A stretch of 40,000 bases of DNA from Candidatus Flexicrinis proximus (GTDB lineage: Bacteria > Chloroflexota > Anaerolineae > Aggregatilineales > Phototrophicaceae), in NCBI GenBank assembly GCA_016712885.1, contig JADJQF010000015.1, forward strand, positions 1 to 40,000. Direction: 5' to 3'. Shown here in pieces: positions 9,332-18,505 of this stretch. Every line of letters begins with the position of its first letter. Position 1 is the stretch's first letter. The translations under genes were made by a program, and so were the position numbers. Below the pieces are notes generated by a model. That model did no database searches. It was given only the letters and a program-made list of their open reading frames with translations, and was not told the DNA's origin.

Positions 9332-11194
9332 ATGCAGCAATCCGCCCCCCGTGTTCGCCAGCCCGAACTCGCCCCACTCAACCCGTGGCCGGTCCGGCTG
9401 TTGCTGCTGGCCCTCTGGTCAGGCACACTGCTGGTCGCCGCGCTTGCCGTCATCGCCATCGCTGCGACGCGCATGTACGCTGGTACCATTCTGCCTGGCG
9501 TGTCCGCCTTGGGCATTCCCCTGGGCGGATTGACCGAGTCTGAAGCGGCTGACCTGCTGCGCCAGCGCCTGAGCTTCGGTCAGGGGACGACCTTCACCTT
9601 CCGCGACGGCGAAAAGACCTGGCAGTTTACGGCAGCAGAGCTTGGCCTGTCGCTGGACGCCGATGCTGCCGCCCGTGACGCGATGACGGCGGGCCGCGGC
9701 GAAGGGTTAATCGGGGAAATCACCGCTCAATCGCTGACGTGGCTCAATGGCGCGGTCGTCATCCCTGCCCTGATCTACGACCAGTCCGCCGCCCTTACCG
9801 TCGTCACTCGGCTCGCCGCAGAGGTCAATCAGGCGGGAGCGTCGGGCGGTCTGCTGATCGACGGGACCTCCGTCAGCGCCACGCCCGCCGAGTCCGCGCG
9901 AGCGCTCGACATCGCCGCGACGATGCGGGCGCTGGATGCGGTGCTAACGGCGATGAGTGGCAGCGCCGAGATCCCGCTGGTCATCTCCGAAGCCCCGGCT
10001 TCTATCGTCGACCTCGACGCCAGCGCGGCCCTCGCCAGCGCCGTGCTGTCCGGCCCCATCACCCTCACGGCCGACGACGGATTCGGCGGCGGCCTCGGCC
10101 CCTGGACAATCGACGCCTCGCAAATCGCGGCCCTGCTCAACGTCCGCCTGAACGTGCAGGCGGACGGCACCTACCGCTATGCCATTGAGCTGGACTTCGA
10201 GCCGTTCCGTGCCTATCTGGAGACCCTTGCTCCTGGCCTGATTTCCTCGCCGGTCGATGGGCGCTTTCATTTCAACGAAGCGACCCGTCAGCTTGAAATC
10301 ATCCAGCCGGCTGCAGGTGGCCGCCGCCTTGATGTCGACGCGACACTGGCAGAGTTGGAGCGTGTCGCGGTCCTCACGGGGGACCAGCGCGTCGCACGCA
10401 TGCAGTTCACCTACATCCAGCCCGATTATCACAATCGGGTGACGGCGGCGGAGCTGGGAATCACCGAAAAAGTCGCCGAAGCGATCACCACCTTTGCCGG
10501 CTCCACCGCCAACCGCCGCATCAATATCGCCCTGGCGACCAGCAAGATGGACGGCATCATTATCGGCCCTGGCGAGGAATTCAGCTTCAACCGCTACCTC
10601 GGCGAACTGGAAGCCAGCGAAGGCTGGGTCGAGGCGGCGGTAATCTTTGCCGACCGCACCGGCACCGGCCTCGGCGGCGGCGTCTGTCAGGTCTCGACCA
10701 CCATCTTCCGGGCGGCATTCACCGGTGGCTTCACCATCATCGAGCGCAATTCGCACGGCTACCGCGTCGGCTTCTACGAACAGGGCGGCTTCCCGCCTGG
10801 TCTTGACGCCGCGATCTTCACACCAGAGCGCGACTTCCGCTTCCAGAACGATACGCCCTATCACCTGCTGATCCAGGCCGACATCTACCCCGCTGCCGAC
10901 CAGCTCGTTTTCCGCTTCTACAGCACCAGCACCGGCCGTATCGTCGAGATCGAACCGCCGCGCATCGCCAGCCGCGTCCCGCCGGAAGCCACCCGCTATG
11001 AGGTCAATCAGGACCTGCAGCCAGGGCAGACCCTCCAGGTCGATTACTCGGCGGAAGGCGCGGACGTGAACGTCACCCGCACCGTAAAGGCCGCGGACGG
11101 CACACTGATCCGCAAGGACAACATCTTCACGCATTATCTGCCCTGGGGTGCGATCTATCAGGTCGCCCCAGGCGACGCCCGCCTCAGCCAGTAA
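9332..11194 (+). CDS. VanW family protein
   Basis: 620 aa with an N-terminal TM anchor. C-terminal VanW motifs GGGVCQVSTTIFRAAF and NSHGYRVGFY. Confidence 0.85.
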   Translation: MQQSAPRVRQPELAPLNPWPVRLLLLALWSGTLLVAALAVIAIAATRMYAGTILPGVSALGIPLGGLTESEAADLLRQRLSFGQGTTFTFRDGEKTWQFTAAELGLSLDADAAARDAMTAGRGEGLIGEITAQSLTWLNGAVVIPALIYDQSAALTVVTRLAAEVNQAGASGGLLIDGTSVSATPAESARALDIAATMRALDAVLTAMSGSAEIPLVISEAPASIVDLDASAALASAVLSGPITLTADDGFGGGLGPWTIDASQIAALLNVRLNVQADGTYRYAIELDFEPFRAYLETLAPGLISSPVDGRFHFNEATRQLEIIQPAAGGRRLDVDATLAELERVAVLTGDQRVARMQFTYIQPDYHNRVTAAELGITEKVAEAITTFAGSTANRRINIALATSKMDGIIIGPGEEFSFNRYLGELEASEGWVEAAVIFADRTGTGLGGGVCQVSTTIFRAAFTGGFTIIERNSHGYRVGFYEQGGFPPGLDAAIFTPERDFRFQNDTPYHLLIQADIYPAADQLVFRFYSTSTGRIVEIEPPRIASRVPPEATRYEVNQDLQPGQTLQVDYSAEGADVNVTRTVKAADGTLIRKDNIFTHYLPWGAIYQVAPGDARLSQ

Positions 11195-11199
11195 ACGTG

Positions 11200-11227
11200 A
11201 AACAGGCGGGGCAACCCCGCCTGTTTT
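11200..11227. terminator. intrinsic terminator between convergent genes
   Basis: AAA-CAGGCGGGG-CAA-CCCCGCCTG-TTTT. Perfect 9-bp GC-rich stem, 3-nt loop and T4 tail, 6 nt after the VanW stop. The A-run on the other side gives weaker activity for the minus-strand operon. Confidence 0.75.
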
Positions 11228-11287
11228 GGTTGAGTCAATCTGTACTGACCCTTCGGTTCCTGAGTGTCCTCCAGCCGTCTGAAGCGG

Positions 11288-12550
11288 TCAGCCCTCGACG
11301 ACCTTGAACCGCCAGACAGCCAGCGCGAAGAAGACCGCCGCCGCGCCGAACAAGACCAGGCACGGCAGACCAATTCCGGCAAACCCCTGGTCAAGCGCGA
11401 TCACGTTGCGGAATCCATCCAGCACCCATTTGAACGGCGAAATGTTCGAAATCGTCCGCATGAACTCCGGGATGAATTCCATGTCCAGCGACCACCACGC
11501 GCCGCCGATCGGGGCGAGGACCAGCGTCACCAGCGTCACTACGCTGGCGGCCTGCTCCTGCGATGTGACAATCGTCGCCATGAACAGCGTGAATGTACTC
11601 ACGCACAGCGAGAAAGCAATCATCACGACTATCAGCGCCAGCGGATTGTTGCCGAACGATACGCCCAGGAACTGTCCGTAAATCAGTCCCACGCCGAACG
11701 CGACTCCGTACTGGATCATGCCCAGCACAAACCGCGCCAGCAGTTTACCCAGGATGATGTCTGCGCTGGTCACCGGCGCCGCGGCAAGCCGCTGCAGCGT
11801 CCACAATTTGCGCTCCTGCACCAGTGTCCCTGCCCCGGCAAGGATCAGGAACATGACGTACATGCTGCCCATACCGGGGACGGATTGCTGCAGTCCAACC
11901 AGAATGTCGGGCTGTTCGACTGCCGCTTCCGTCACTGCGATGTTCACCGGTGATGCCGCCCACCCCGCTGCTGCCGCCGCCCGCATGGCATCGACAAACG
12001 CGCTGTCTCCGTCCAGCGCGGCATTGGCGATACTCACAGCCACCCGCTCCGCCGCGATGATCCCACGCACGCGCTGTGCAGCCGTGTTCACCGCCTGCAG
12101 TGCCGCGCTGGAAGCAGTCGCGTCTTCGTCCGAGCGGTACACAACGTTCGCCGGTTCCCCGGCCAGTAGCTGCGCGCCGAACCCTGCCGGAATCTCGATC
12201 AACGCCAGGCTCGTGCCGTCGGTGATGCGACTCAGCGCCGCTTCCGCCGTCAGGCCGGCATCTACCCCTTCTAGCCCGCACAAATTCTCAGCGCCGTCCT
12301 GTGCCGGACAGATCACCAGCGCGTCGTTCTGACTTTGCAGCGCGCCGATAAACGCCGCCGATTGTGGCGTGTTGTCCAGATCGACTACGTCGACCAGCAG
12401 CCGCGGCAGGCTGCCGCCGCCGAGCGATTGTCCGTTGGCCAGGCCGATCACGAAGATCAGCGCCGCCGGGATGACTACCAGGTTGATCCAGATCGCCGGC
12501 TCGCGGAAGGCGATCCGTATATCGTTGAGTGCAATCGTAAGTGCTTTCAT
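11288..12550 (-). CDS. ABC-2 type transporter permease
   Basis: 420 aa. One N-terminal TM, a large extracytoplasmic loop, then a C-terminal cluster of TM helices. Last gene of the ATPase-permease-permease operon. Confidence 0.8.
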   Translation of the reverse strand: MKALTIALNDIRIAFREPAIWINLVVIPAALIFVIGLANGQSLGGGSLPRLLVDVVDLDNTPQSAAFIGALQSQNDALVICPAQDGAENLCGLEGVDAGLTAEAALSRITDGTSLALIEIPAGFGAQLLAGEPANVVYRSDEDATASSAALQAVNTAAQRVRGIIAAERVAVSIANAALDGDSAFVDAMRAAAAAGWAASPVNIAVTEAAVEQPDILVGLQQSVPGMGSMYVMFLILAGAGTLVQERKLWTLQRLAAAPVTSADIILGKLLARFVLGMIQYGVAFGVGLIYGQFLGVSFGNNPLALIVVMIAFSLCVSTFTLFMATIVTSQEQAASVVTLVTLVLAPIGGAWWSLDMEFIPEFMRTISNISPFKWVLDGFRNVIALDQGFAGIGLPCLVLFGAAAVFFALAVWRFKVVEG

Positions 12551-12559
12551 GGCCTGTCC

Positions 12560-13972
12560 TTAGCGATCCGAAATCTTGCTGCGGAACAGCACGAAGCCGA
12601 CCGCAAACGCGCCGATACCGACTGCGCTCAGCACCAGCAGATTGACCAGTATGTCGTTGTTCCCCGCCGCCAGCTTGGCGAACGCATCGCGCCCCCACGT
12701 AATCACGGAAAGCTGGCTCAGGACTCCGGGCAGACTAAACCCGAACGACCCGCCGAACACCGCCATGAAGATTGCCACCACACCGCCGATTGTGTTGGCC
12801 TGTTCCTCGTTCTTGGCAACCGCAGCCGTGATGCTGCCGATGCCGGAAGTCGCCAGCGCCGCCGCCAGCAGCACCAGCAGCGTGCCAATCAGGTTCGGTC
12901 CCCAGATATACGTGACCTCGCCGGCAATCAGGCTGGCGATCACCGTCAGGCCGATGAACAGGAACAGGATTTGCAGGAAGACGATCACGAAGACCGCCAT
13001 GATTTTCCCCAACAGGATCATGACCGCCGGCGTCGGTGTGGTCAGCATGCGCTGGAGCGTCCAATCGCGGCGCTCGGCGATGATGCTTCCTGCCTGGCCG
13101 TTGGCCGTGAACAGCGCGAAGAACAGCGCTTGCGCCGCGCCCACGAACACCAGCGCGTTGACGATCAACTCGTCGCCGCCCACCGTCTGCCGCTCGACGC
13201 TGATGCTGGAGCCGACATCCGTGAACGCACACGCGATACCTTCGCCGAACGCCGGGCTGGTCACCACCGCCGCAAGCTGGAGCGGATTGCTCGGCAAGCT
13301 TGAAAGCAGTGCCGCCAGCGTCACGTTTCCTGCGGCGAACTGCGCGCCGGCCTGATCGACGACACTCCGCACGATCTGTGCGGCAATCGGCGCCTGCGCG
13401 AAGGCATACACTTCAATCGTCGAGGGGATAATCGTCGTCTTCGATGGCGAAACCTGCAGGTTTGCGCTGAAATCTGCCGGGATGATCACCGCCGCGGCGA
13501 ATTCGCCGCGTCCGACCGCCGCCCGCGCCAGGTCGACGTTGGCAAACCGTGTCCCGTCGATTAGTGTGTCGAGGCTGGAGTCCTGCGCGCTTGATCCGCT
13601 GCTTGCCGGTGCGGTCGGGCAGTTGAACGCCGCGGTGTCCATTCCGGCGATCGTCACTCCGCCGCCCGAACCCGTCAGGTCCGATTCGCCGGGCGTCGAA
13701 GCCGTGCCGGTCACCAGAAGGTCGGTCAGGATATTTCCGTAGTTGATACTCGTGTCGCCCTCAGCCGCCAATCCCAGCGACGCCCCCGCGTCCAGATTGA
13801 CGACCGCGACAGGGATGTGTTCTATCGGGGCGCTTCTACCGCTGACGCCGCCGATGGTGACGCCGATGATCGATGCCAGCAGCAGCGGCGCCGCGAACAT
13901 GATCAGGATCAGGTTGCGGTTCCCGAAGGTGATCCGCAAGTCCTTGAGCGTGATTTGCCAAGCTTTTTGCAT
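12560..13972 (-). CDS. ABC-2 type transporter permease
   Basis: 470 aa with the same architecture as its downstream paralog. Separated from neighbours by 8-9 nt gaps. Confidence 0.8.
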   Translation of the reverse strand: MQKAWQITLKDLRITFGNRNLILIMFAAPLLLASIIGVTIGGVSGRSAPIEHIPVAVVNLDAGASLGLAAEGDTSINYGNILTDLLVTGTASTPGESDLTGSGGGVTIAGMDTAAFNCPTAPASSGSSAQDSSLDTLIDGTRFANVDLARAAVGRGEFAAAVIIPADFSANLQVSPSKTTIIPSTIEVYAFAQAPIAAQIVRSVVDQAGAQFAAGNVTLAALLSSLPSNPLQLAAVVTSPAFGEGIACAFTDVGSSISVERQTVGGDELIVNALVFVGAAQALFFALFTANGQAGSIIAERRDWTLQRMLTTPTPAVMILLGKIMAVFVIVFLQILFLFIGLTVIASLIAGEVTYIWGPNLIGTLLVLLAAALATSGIGSITAAVAKNEEQANTIGGVVAIFMAVFGGSFGFSLPGVLSQLSVITWGRDAFAKLAAGNNDILVNLLVLSAVGIGAFAVGFVLFRSKISDR

Positions 13973-13980
13973 CGGTCACC

Positions 13981-14967
13981 TCACTCGCGCAGCGCCCGGC
14001 CCGTGAGGGTCAGGAATAGCGTTTCGAGATCCGGTTCTTTGACTGCGACCGACGTCACCGCCACCCCTGCGTCGTCCGCCGCGCGCAGCACATCAGGCAG
14101 CGCTTTCCGCCCCATTCTGGCGTACACCGAGAGTTTCGAGCTGGCCGCGTCCGCCTCGGCTTTGGGGTCGATCAGTACACGGCTCACGCCGGTAACGCTC
14201 TTCAGGCGATCCACCAGCGCCGGCTCTACGCTCGCCGCCCCAACGGTCAGGATCAGCCGGTCTTCTTGCCCCGTCTGCGCCATCAGTTCGGTTAGCGTCC
14301 CCAACGCGATGATCTTGCCGCTGTCGATGATCCCGATGCGGTCGCTCAGTTCCTGCGCTTCTTCCATCAGGTGCGTCGTGTACAGCACGGTCATCTTGTA
14401 GCTGTCGCGCAGTTGCAGCACCGTATCGAGGATACGGCGCCGGCTTTGCGGGTCAACACCCACCGTCGGTTCATCCATATAGATCAGTTGCGGATGGTGC
14501 AGCAGCCCGACCGCAATGTTGACGCGCCGCTTCATGCCGCCGCTGAACGTATCGACTCGGTCGTTCTGGCGGTCTTTCAGGTCGATGATTTCGAGCACCT
14601 CATCGATCCGCCGGTTCAGTTCCGCGCCGCTCATCCCGTACATCCGCCCGAAGAACTCCAGATTTCGCCGCGCCGACAGCATCGGGTACAACGCGATGTC
14701 CTGCGGGACAAACCCCAGTAGTCCCTTGGCTTCCAGCGGCTGCTTGGTGATCGAAAATCCGCCGATCGTCGCGTCGCCCGATGTCGGCGGGATCAATCCG
14801 CTGATCATCGAAATCGTTGTGCTCTTGCCGGCGCCGTTCGGCCCCAGCAGGCTGAAGATTTCGCCCTTACGGATGACGAAATCGATCCCCTGTACGGCGT
14901 TAACCTGCGTGCCGTCTGCCCGCGTATAAATCTTGGTCAGGCCGTTCGCCTGAACAATCGTTTCCAT
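13981..14967 (-). CDS. ABC transporter ATP-binding protein (ABC-2/DrrA-like) with C-terminal extension
   Basis: Start set at ATG 14967 (METIVQANGLTKIY), with SD GGAGGA 5 nt upstream. Walker A GPNGAGKST, signature SGGMKRR, Walker B LIYMDEPTVGVD. Confidence 0.9.
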   Translation of the reverse strand: METIVQANGLTKIYTRADGTQVNAVQGIDFVIRKGEIFSLLGPNGAGKSTTISMISGLIPPTSGDATIGGFSITKQPLEAKGLLGFVPQDIALYPMLSARRNLEFFGRMYGMSGAELNRRIDEVLEIIDLKDRQNDRVDTFSGGMKRRVNIAVGLLHHPQLIYMDEPTVGVDPQSRRRILDTVLQLRDSYKMTVLYTTHLMEEAQELSDRIGIIDSGKIIALGTLTELMAQTGQEDRLILTVGAASVEPALVDRLKSVTGVSRVLIDPKAEADAASSKLSVYARMGRKALPDVLRAADDAGVAVTSVAVKEPDLETLFLTLTGRALRE

Positions 14968-15146
14968 CTTGTCCTCCACTTCGCCCAACCCAACACCAGT
15001 TGGAGTCATTATAGTCCTCATCACGCTAGTATTACGCGACTGAGTATCGCCAGGTTGCGGCGGAGTCTTGAACTCACACGCCGAACTCGCGCCTGTCAAG
15101 TCGCCCCACATCTGTTATCCTTTGGGCGCACACAAGGAAATCGACC

Positions 15147-15692
15147 GTGACGCTCTCACACCTCCAAGCCCATGACACCATCGCCGACGTACTCGTCTCT
15201 AACCTGCGCGGATTCAAGGACGACCGCGGCATGTTCACCGAGACATTCCGCGCCTCATGGTTTCCCCAGGTCGAATGGCATAAATTCCAGACCAACCGCT
15301 CCGAAAGTGCGGCTGGCGTCCTGCGCGGTTTGCACTACCACTTTCATCAGGTCGACTACTGGCACGTCGTCAAGGGAACCATCCGCGTCGGCCTCGCTGA
15401 TCTGCGGCCCGCCTCCCCCTCCTTCTTGCGTTCCTCGACGCTTGAGCTTTCAGCCGACGAGGTGCGCGGGCTGTACATCCCGGTCGGGGTCGCCCATGGT
15501 TTCGTCGCGCTGACCGACTGCACCCTCACCTATATCGTCAACAATTATTACGATGCGTCTGACGAGTGTGGAGTTGCCTGGAACGATCCGGACCTTGCCG
15601 TCCCCTGGGGCGTTGATACGCCGGTGCTCTCCCCGCGCGACGTGCAAAACCGCCGCTGGCACGATATTCCACTCGACCAGCGCCCGCGCTAA
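15147..15692 (+). CDS. rfbC: dTDP-4-dehydrorhamnose 3,5-epimerase
   Basis: 181 aa cupin with a GTG start. Motifs FKDDRGMFTE, GVLRGLHYH and IPVGVAHGF are typical of RmlC. Confidence 0.85.
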   Translation: MTLSHLQAHDTIADVLVSNLRGFKDDRGMFTETFRASWFPQVEWHKFQTNRSESAAGVLRGLHYHFHQVDYWHVVKGTIRVGLADLRPASPSFLRSSTLELSADEVRGLYIPVGVAHGFVALTDCTLTYIVNNYYDASDECGVAWNDPDLAVPWGVDTPVLSPRDVQNRRWHDIPLDQRPR

Positions 15693-15755
15693 ACAGTCTA
15701 TACGCCCGCGAATTGGTCAAACGTGTTACCGTAGTGAAAACGAGCATCGTAACGG

Positions 15756-15905
15756 CAGTAATGGGTGATTTTCGGGGTTTCACCCCGAACCCCAGCAGGA
15801 GCTTGCTCTCCTGCACCTCGCAGATTAGGGGTCAAGGGGTGGAAACTCCTTGTGGAGGTTTGGAGGCAGCGCCTCCAGAATCCCCTGTTATCATCCCTAG
15901 CTCAC
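15756..15905 (+). repeat. structured intergenic element, copy A (core 15827-15877)
   Basis: The core AGGGGTCAAGGGGTGGAAACTCCTTGTGGAGGTTTGGAGGCAGCGCCTCCA is nearly identical to 18556-18606. The left arm CAGTAATGGGTGATTTTCGGGG aligns with CAGTTATGGTTTACTTTCCGGG of copy B. Copy A has an extra 7-bp-stem hairpin at 15795-15814. Confidence 0.7.
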
Positions 15906-15937
15906 ATTATCGTAGTTGTTTAAGGTAGGATCACATC

Positions 15938-17056
15938 ATGCGTCGTATTCTGTCCCTGACCCTCGTCGCCCTAACCGTGTCACTTGGCGTGTCAACCGCG
16001 CTTGCCCAGGACGCCCCGCCGGCAGTGCAGCCGACCTGGGCCGACCTTGAGCCTGGCGTTTGGACCAACATCCCCGGCGCGGAAGGGACCATCTGCGCCA
16101 CTGGCACGCCTTACAGCTTCTATGTCCGGCCTGCCAGCCAGCATTCCGAAAAGCTGCTGATCCACTTTCAGGGTGGCGGCGCCTGCTGGATGGGCCAGAA
16201 CTGCGACCGCAACGCGCGCCCGACCTATGACGCCTTCGTAGATGAGTCGGACGATCCGACCGGCAACCTCGGCATCGGTGACTTCGATAATCCCGAAAAC
16301 CCCTTTACCGACTACAACATGGTATTTGCGCCCTACTGCACTGGCGATGTCCACCTCGGCAGTTCGGTATCCACCTACCCCAGCGCTGATTCCGAAGTCG
16401 AGATCAACCATAACGGCTTTGACAACGCGACCTCCGTCCTGGCCTGGACCTTCGAAAACATCCCCACCGCCAGCGACGTATTCGTGACCGGCTGTTCGGC
16501 AGGCTCGATCCCCTCGCCTTTCTATGTGCTTCCCGTCGCCGCAGCCTATCAGGGCGCGCGCATTGTTCAATTGGGCGACGCCAGCGGCAGCTACCGTAAC
16601 GTGACTGGAATCCTCACCGAGCTCTTCCGCACCTGGGGGACGTTTGGCATCCTCGATGAAAATTTCGCGGGCATCGAAGAAGACGCGCTCACCTTTGAGT
16701 CGCTCTATATGGTCATGGGCAACCTGTTCCCGGACGTCCAGTTCGCGCAGTACAACGCCGCCTTCGACATGGTCCAGACCGGTTTCATCATCCTCGCCGG
16801 CCTCGGCAGCCCAAATACGCTTGAGATGCTGCAGGCCAATCACGATGACATCCGCGCCGCCTTGGACCAGGAGAACTTCCACGCCTTCACGGCAGGCGGC
16901 AGCACCCACTGCATCACCGTCACGCCCGACATGTACACCTTTGCTGCCGACGGCGTCCGCTTCGTGGACTGGATCACCGCCCTCGCCAACGGCGACCCGC
17001 TTGACGACGTCGCCTGCACCGGTGACTGCAGGAAAGTCGAAACGATCGAGCCGTAA
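15938..17056 (+). CDS. secreted pectin-acetylesterase-family (PAE/Notum-like) hydrolase
   Basis: 372 aa with a signal peptide (ALAQDAP). Motifs HFQGGGACW, YCTGDVH and the nucleophile elbow VTGCSAGS. Confidence 0.65.
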   Translation: MRRILSLTLVALTVSLGVSTALAQDAPPAVQPTWADLEPGVWTNIPGAEGTICATGTPYSFYVRPASQHSEKLLIHFQGGGACWMGQNCDRNARPTYDAFVDESDDPTGNLGIGDFDNPENPFTDYNMVFAPYCTGDVHLGSSVSTYPSADSEVEINHNGFDNATSVLAWTFENIPTASDVFVTGCSAGSIPSPFYVLPVAAAYQGARIVQLGDASGSYRNVTGILTELFRTWGTFGILDENFAGIEEDALTFESLYMVMGNLFPDVQFAQYNAAFDMVQTGFIILAGLGSPNTLEMLQANHDDIRAALDQENFHAFTAGGSTHCITVTPDMYTFAADGVRFVDWITALANGDPLDDVACTGDCRKVETIEP

Positions 17057-17088
17057 TCCGGCTGTCTGCACAGAAAGCGCTGCACACC

Positions 17089-18186
17089 ATGACTCGTCTC
17101 TACTGCCCCAACTGCGACCTCGATCCGCACCCGCTCGATTGGCGCTGCCCGTCATGCGGGTCTGCCCTGGAGCTGCGCGACCTGCCGCCGTTTGAGGCTG
17201 ACGCGATCGACTCCAGCGTCTGGTCGATGTGGCGCTACGCTCACATGCTGCCCGTCTCGCCTGCCTTCTCGCTGGGCGCCGGCATGACGCCGCTCATCCC
17301 CGCGGCAGTCGAAGGTGTGCAGATTTTCGCCAAGTGCGATTACCTCAACCCGTCGGCCAGCTACAAGGACCGCGGCACCGAGACACTGGTCAATTACCTG
17401 GTCTCCCAGCACGTCACCCATGTCGTCGAGGACTCGTCTGGGAATGCCGGTTCGTCGCTGGCGCTGTATGCCGCAGCGGCTGGCCTGAATGCCCAAATCT
17501 TCGTGCCGGCCAGCGCCCCTGAAGGCAAGCGGCGCGCCATCGCGGCATCCGCCGAGTTGGCCGTGATTGAGGGAGCGCGTCAGGCGGTCACCGAGGCCTG
17601 TATCGCCGCCGCAACCAATGGGTCCGTCTACGCCACCCACAGTTGGAACCCCTATTTCATACTGGGTCAGCAGACCCTCGCCTGGGAGCTGTGGGAACAG
17701 TTCGGACGCACCGCGCCAGCCGCCATCGTCATGCCGGTGGGTCAGGGCGGGCTGCTCCTCGGCATTGCGCGCGGCTTCCGCGCCCTCTTTGCCGCCGGCC
17801 TCATCGACCAGCTCCCCCGCCTTTACGGAATCCAGCCGGAAGCCTGCGACCCGGTCGTCAAGGGATACGACGCGGCGGTTATGGATCCCATTCCCGATAC
17901 CGTCGCGCCGTCCATAGCCGACGGAACGTTGGTCGCCAACCCGGTTCGCGGCCAGTCCGTACTTGCCGCCATCCGCGAGTCGCACGGTGCCGCCTTCCGC
18001 GTCAAAGAGTCATTGATCGCCCCCGCTTGCACAGCCCTGGCGCGCAGCGGCTTCTTCGTCGAGCCGACCAGTGCGCTCACCCTCGCGGCCATCGGCGACG
18101 TCACTGCCGACCTGCGCGAAAACGGTATCAGCGGCGCCCCGGTCTTGATCCTGACCGGCCACGGGCTGAAATCCAGCGCCAGTTGA
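17089..18186 (+). CDS. thrC: threonine synthase family PLP-dependent enzyme
   Basis: 365 aa. N-terminal zinc ribbon (CPNC..CPSC), PLP-lysine motif SASYKDRG, and EDSSGNAG. Confidence 0.7.
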   Translation: MTRLYCPNCDLDPHPLDWRCPSCGSALELRDLPPFEADAIDSSVWSMWRYAHMLPVSPAFSLGAGMTPLIPAAVEGVQIFAKCDYLNPSASYKDRGTETLVNYLVSQHVTHVVEDSSGNAGSSLALYAAAAGLNAQIFVPASAPEGKRRAIAASAELAVIEGARQAVTEACIAAATNGSVYATHSWNPYFILGQQTLAWELWEQFGRTAPAAIVMPVGQGGLLLGIARGFRALFAAGLIDQLPRLYGIQPEACDPVVKGYDAAVMDPIPDTVAPSIADGTLVANPVRGQSVLAAIRESHGAAFRVKESLIAPACTALARSGFFVEPTSALTLAAIGDVTADLRENGISGAPVLILTGHGLKSSAS

Positions 18187-18230
18187 ATTAACGAAGGCTT
18201 GTCTCTGGTTCCCTAAGGGCTCAATTCTTC

Positions 18231-18270
18231 GTTCGAACAAATGTTCAAACAAATGTTCGAACATTTGTTT
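18231..18270. promoter_or_regulatory. three abutting 12-mers matching the GAAC-N4-GTTC (LexA/Cheo-box-like) operator pattern
   Basis: GTTC|GAACAAATGTTC|AAACAAATGTTC|GAACATTTGTTT. Box 1 (18235-18246) is a perfect GAAC-N4-GTTC. Boxes 2 and 3 together form a perfect 24-bp palindrome (18247-18270). This is an AT-rich island in GC-rich DNA. Confidence 0.4.
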
Positions 18271-18505
18271 CTGACGCGTCCGAATCCTGTGATACGATCC
18301 ATTCAACGTCCGATATAGCGGTCGTCCGGCGGGCCTCATCGCCTTGCCGGCAGGTTCAACGCGCCTGTAGGACGGATTTGACCTGCCCGTATGTTGAATC
18401 GGCACTCGAACCGGCCGTAAGTCGAGCGCGAATTGGCCTTCGCATGGTGATGTAGAAAGGGTCTGCGATGTAAACTCGCATGTCAGTGTGTCTGTCACTA
18501 CTTAA

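Noticed and set aside
9944-11134. 396-aa minus-strand ORF
   Set aside because: It is an antisense shadow of the VanW gene in GC-rich DNA. It is Arg/Asp/Gly/Ala-rich with no motifs. The same reasoning applies to 15992..17155(-), 12335..13303(+), 12576..13355(+), 17152..17985(-), 35506..36486(+), 20665..21468(-) and similar track entries.
11288-14967. ABC-2 ATPase plus two large-loop permeases as a candidate novel system
   Set aside because: The architecture is the common ABC-2 exporter layout: an ATPase with a C-terminal extension and two paralogous permeases with big extracytoplasmic loops. Nothing atypical is visible in the sequence.
15713-15928. 71-aa + strand ORF covering element copy A (..RGQGVETPCGGLEAAPPE..)
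   Set aside because: It spans the repeat. The same core is read in a different frame in the only open frame across copy B (18480-32). There is no SD, and the sequence is better explained by hairpins than by coding.
18235-18270. Possible CRISPR-like or tandem repeat array
   Set aside because: There are only three 12-mers, directly abutting without spacers, and one is inverted. No cas genes are present. This is not a CRISPR array.
18401-18416. tRNA T-arm-like sequence on the minus strand (GGCCGGTTCGAGTGCC)
   Set aside because: The flanking bases do not form a 5-bp T stem. I could not build acceptor, D or anticodon arms around it.
18010-18498. 162-aa minus-strand ORF crossing the 12-mer cluster (..QMFEHLFEHLFERR..)
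   Set aside because: Its C-terminal half is antisense to the well-supported thrC-like gene, and its composition is Arg/Gly-rich. The MFEHLF repeats are simply the palindrome read as protein.
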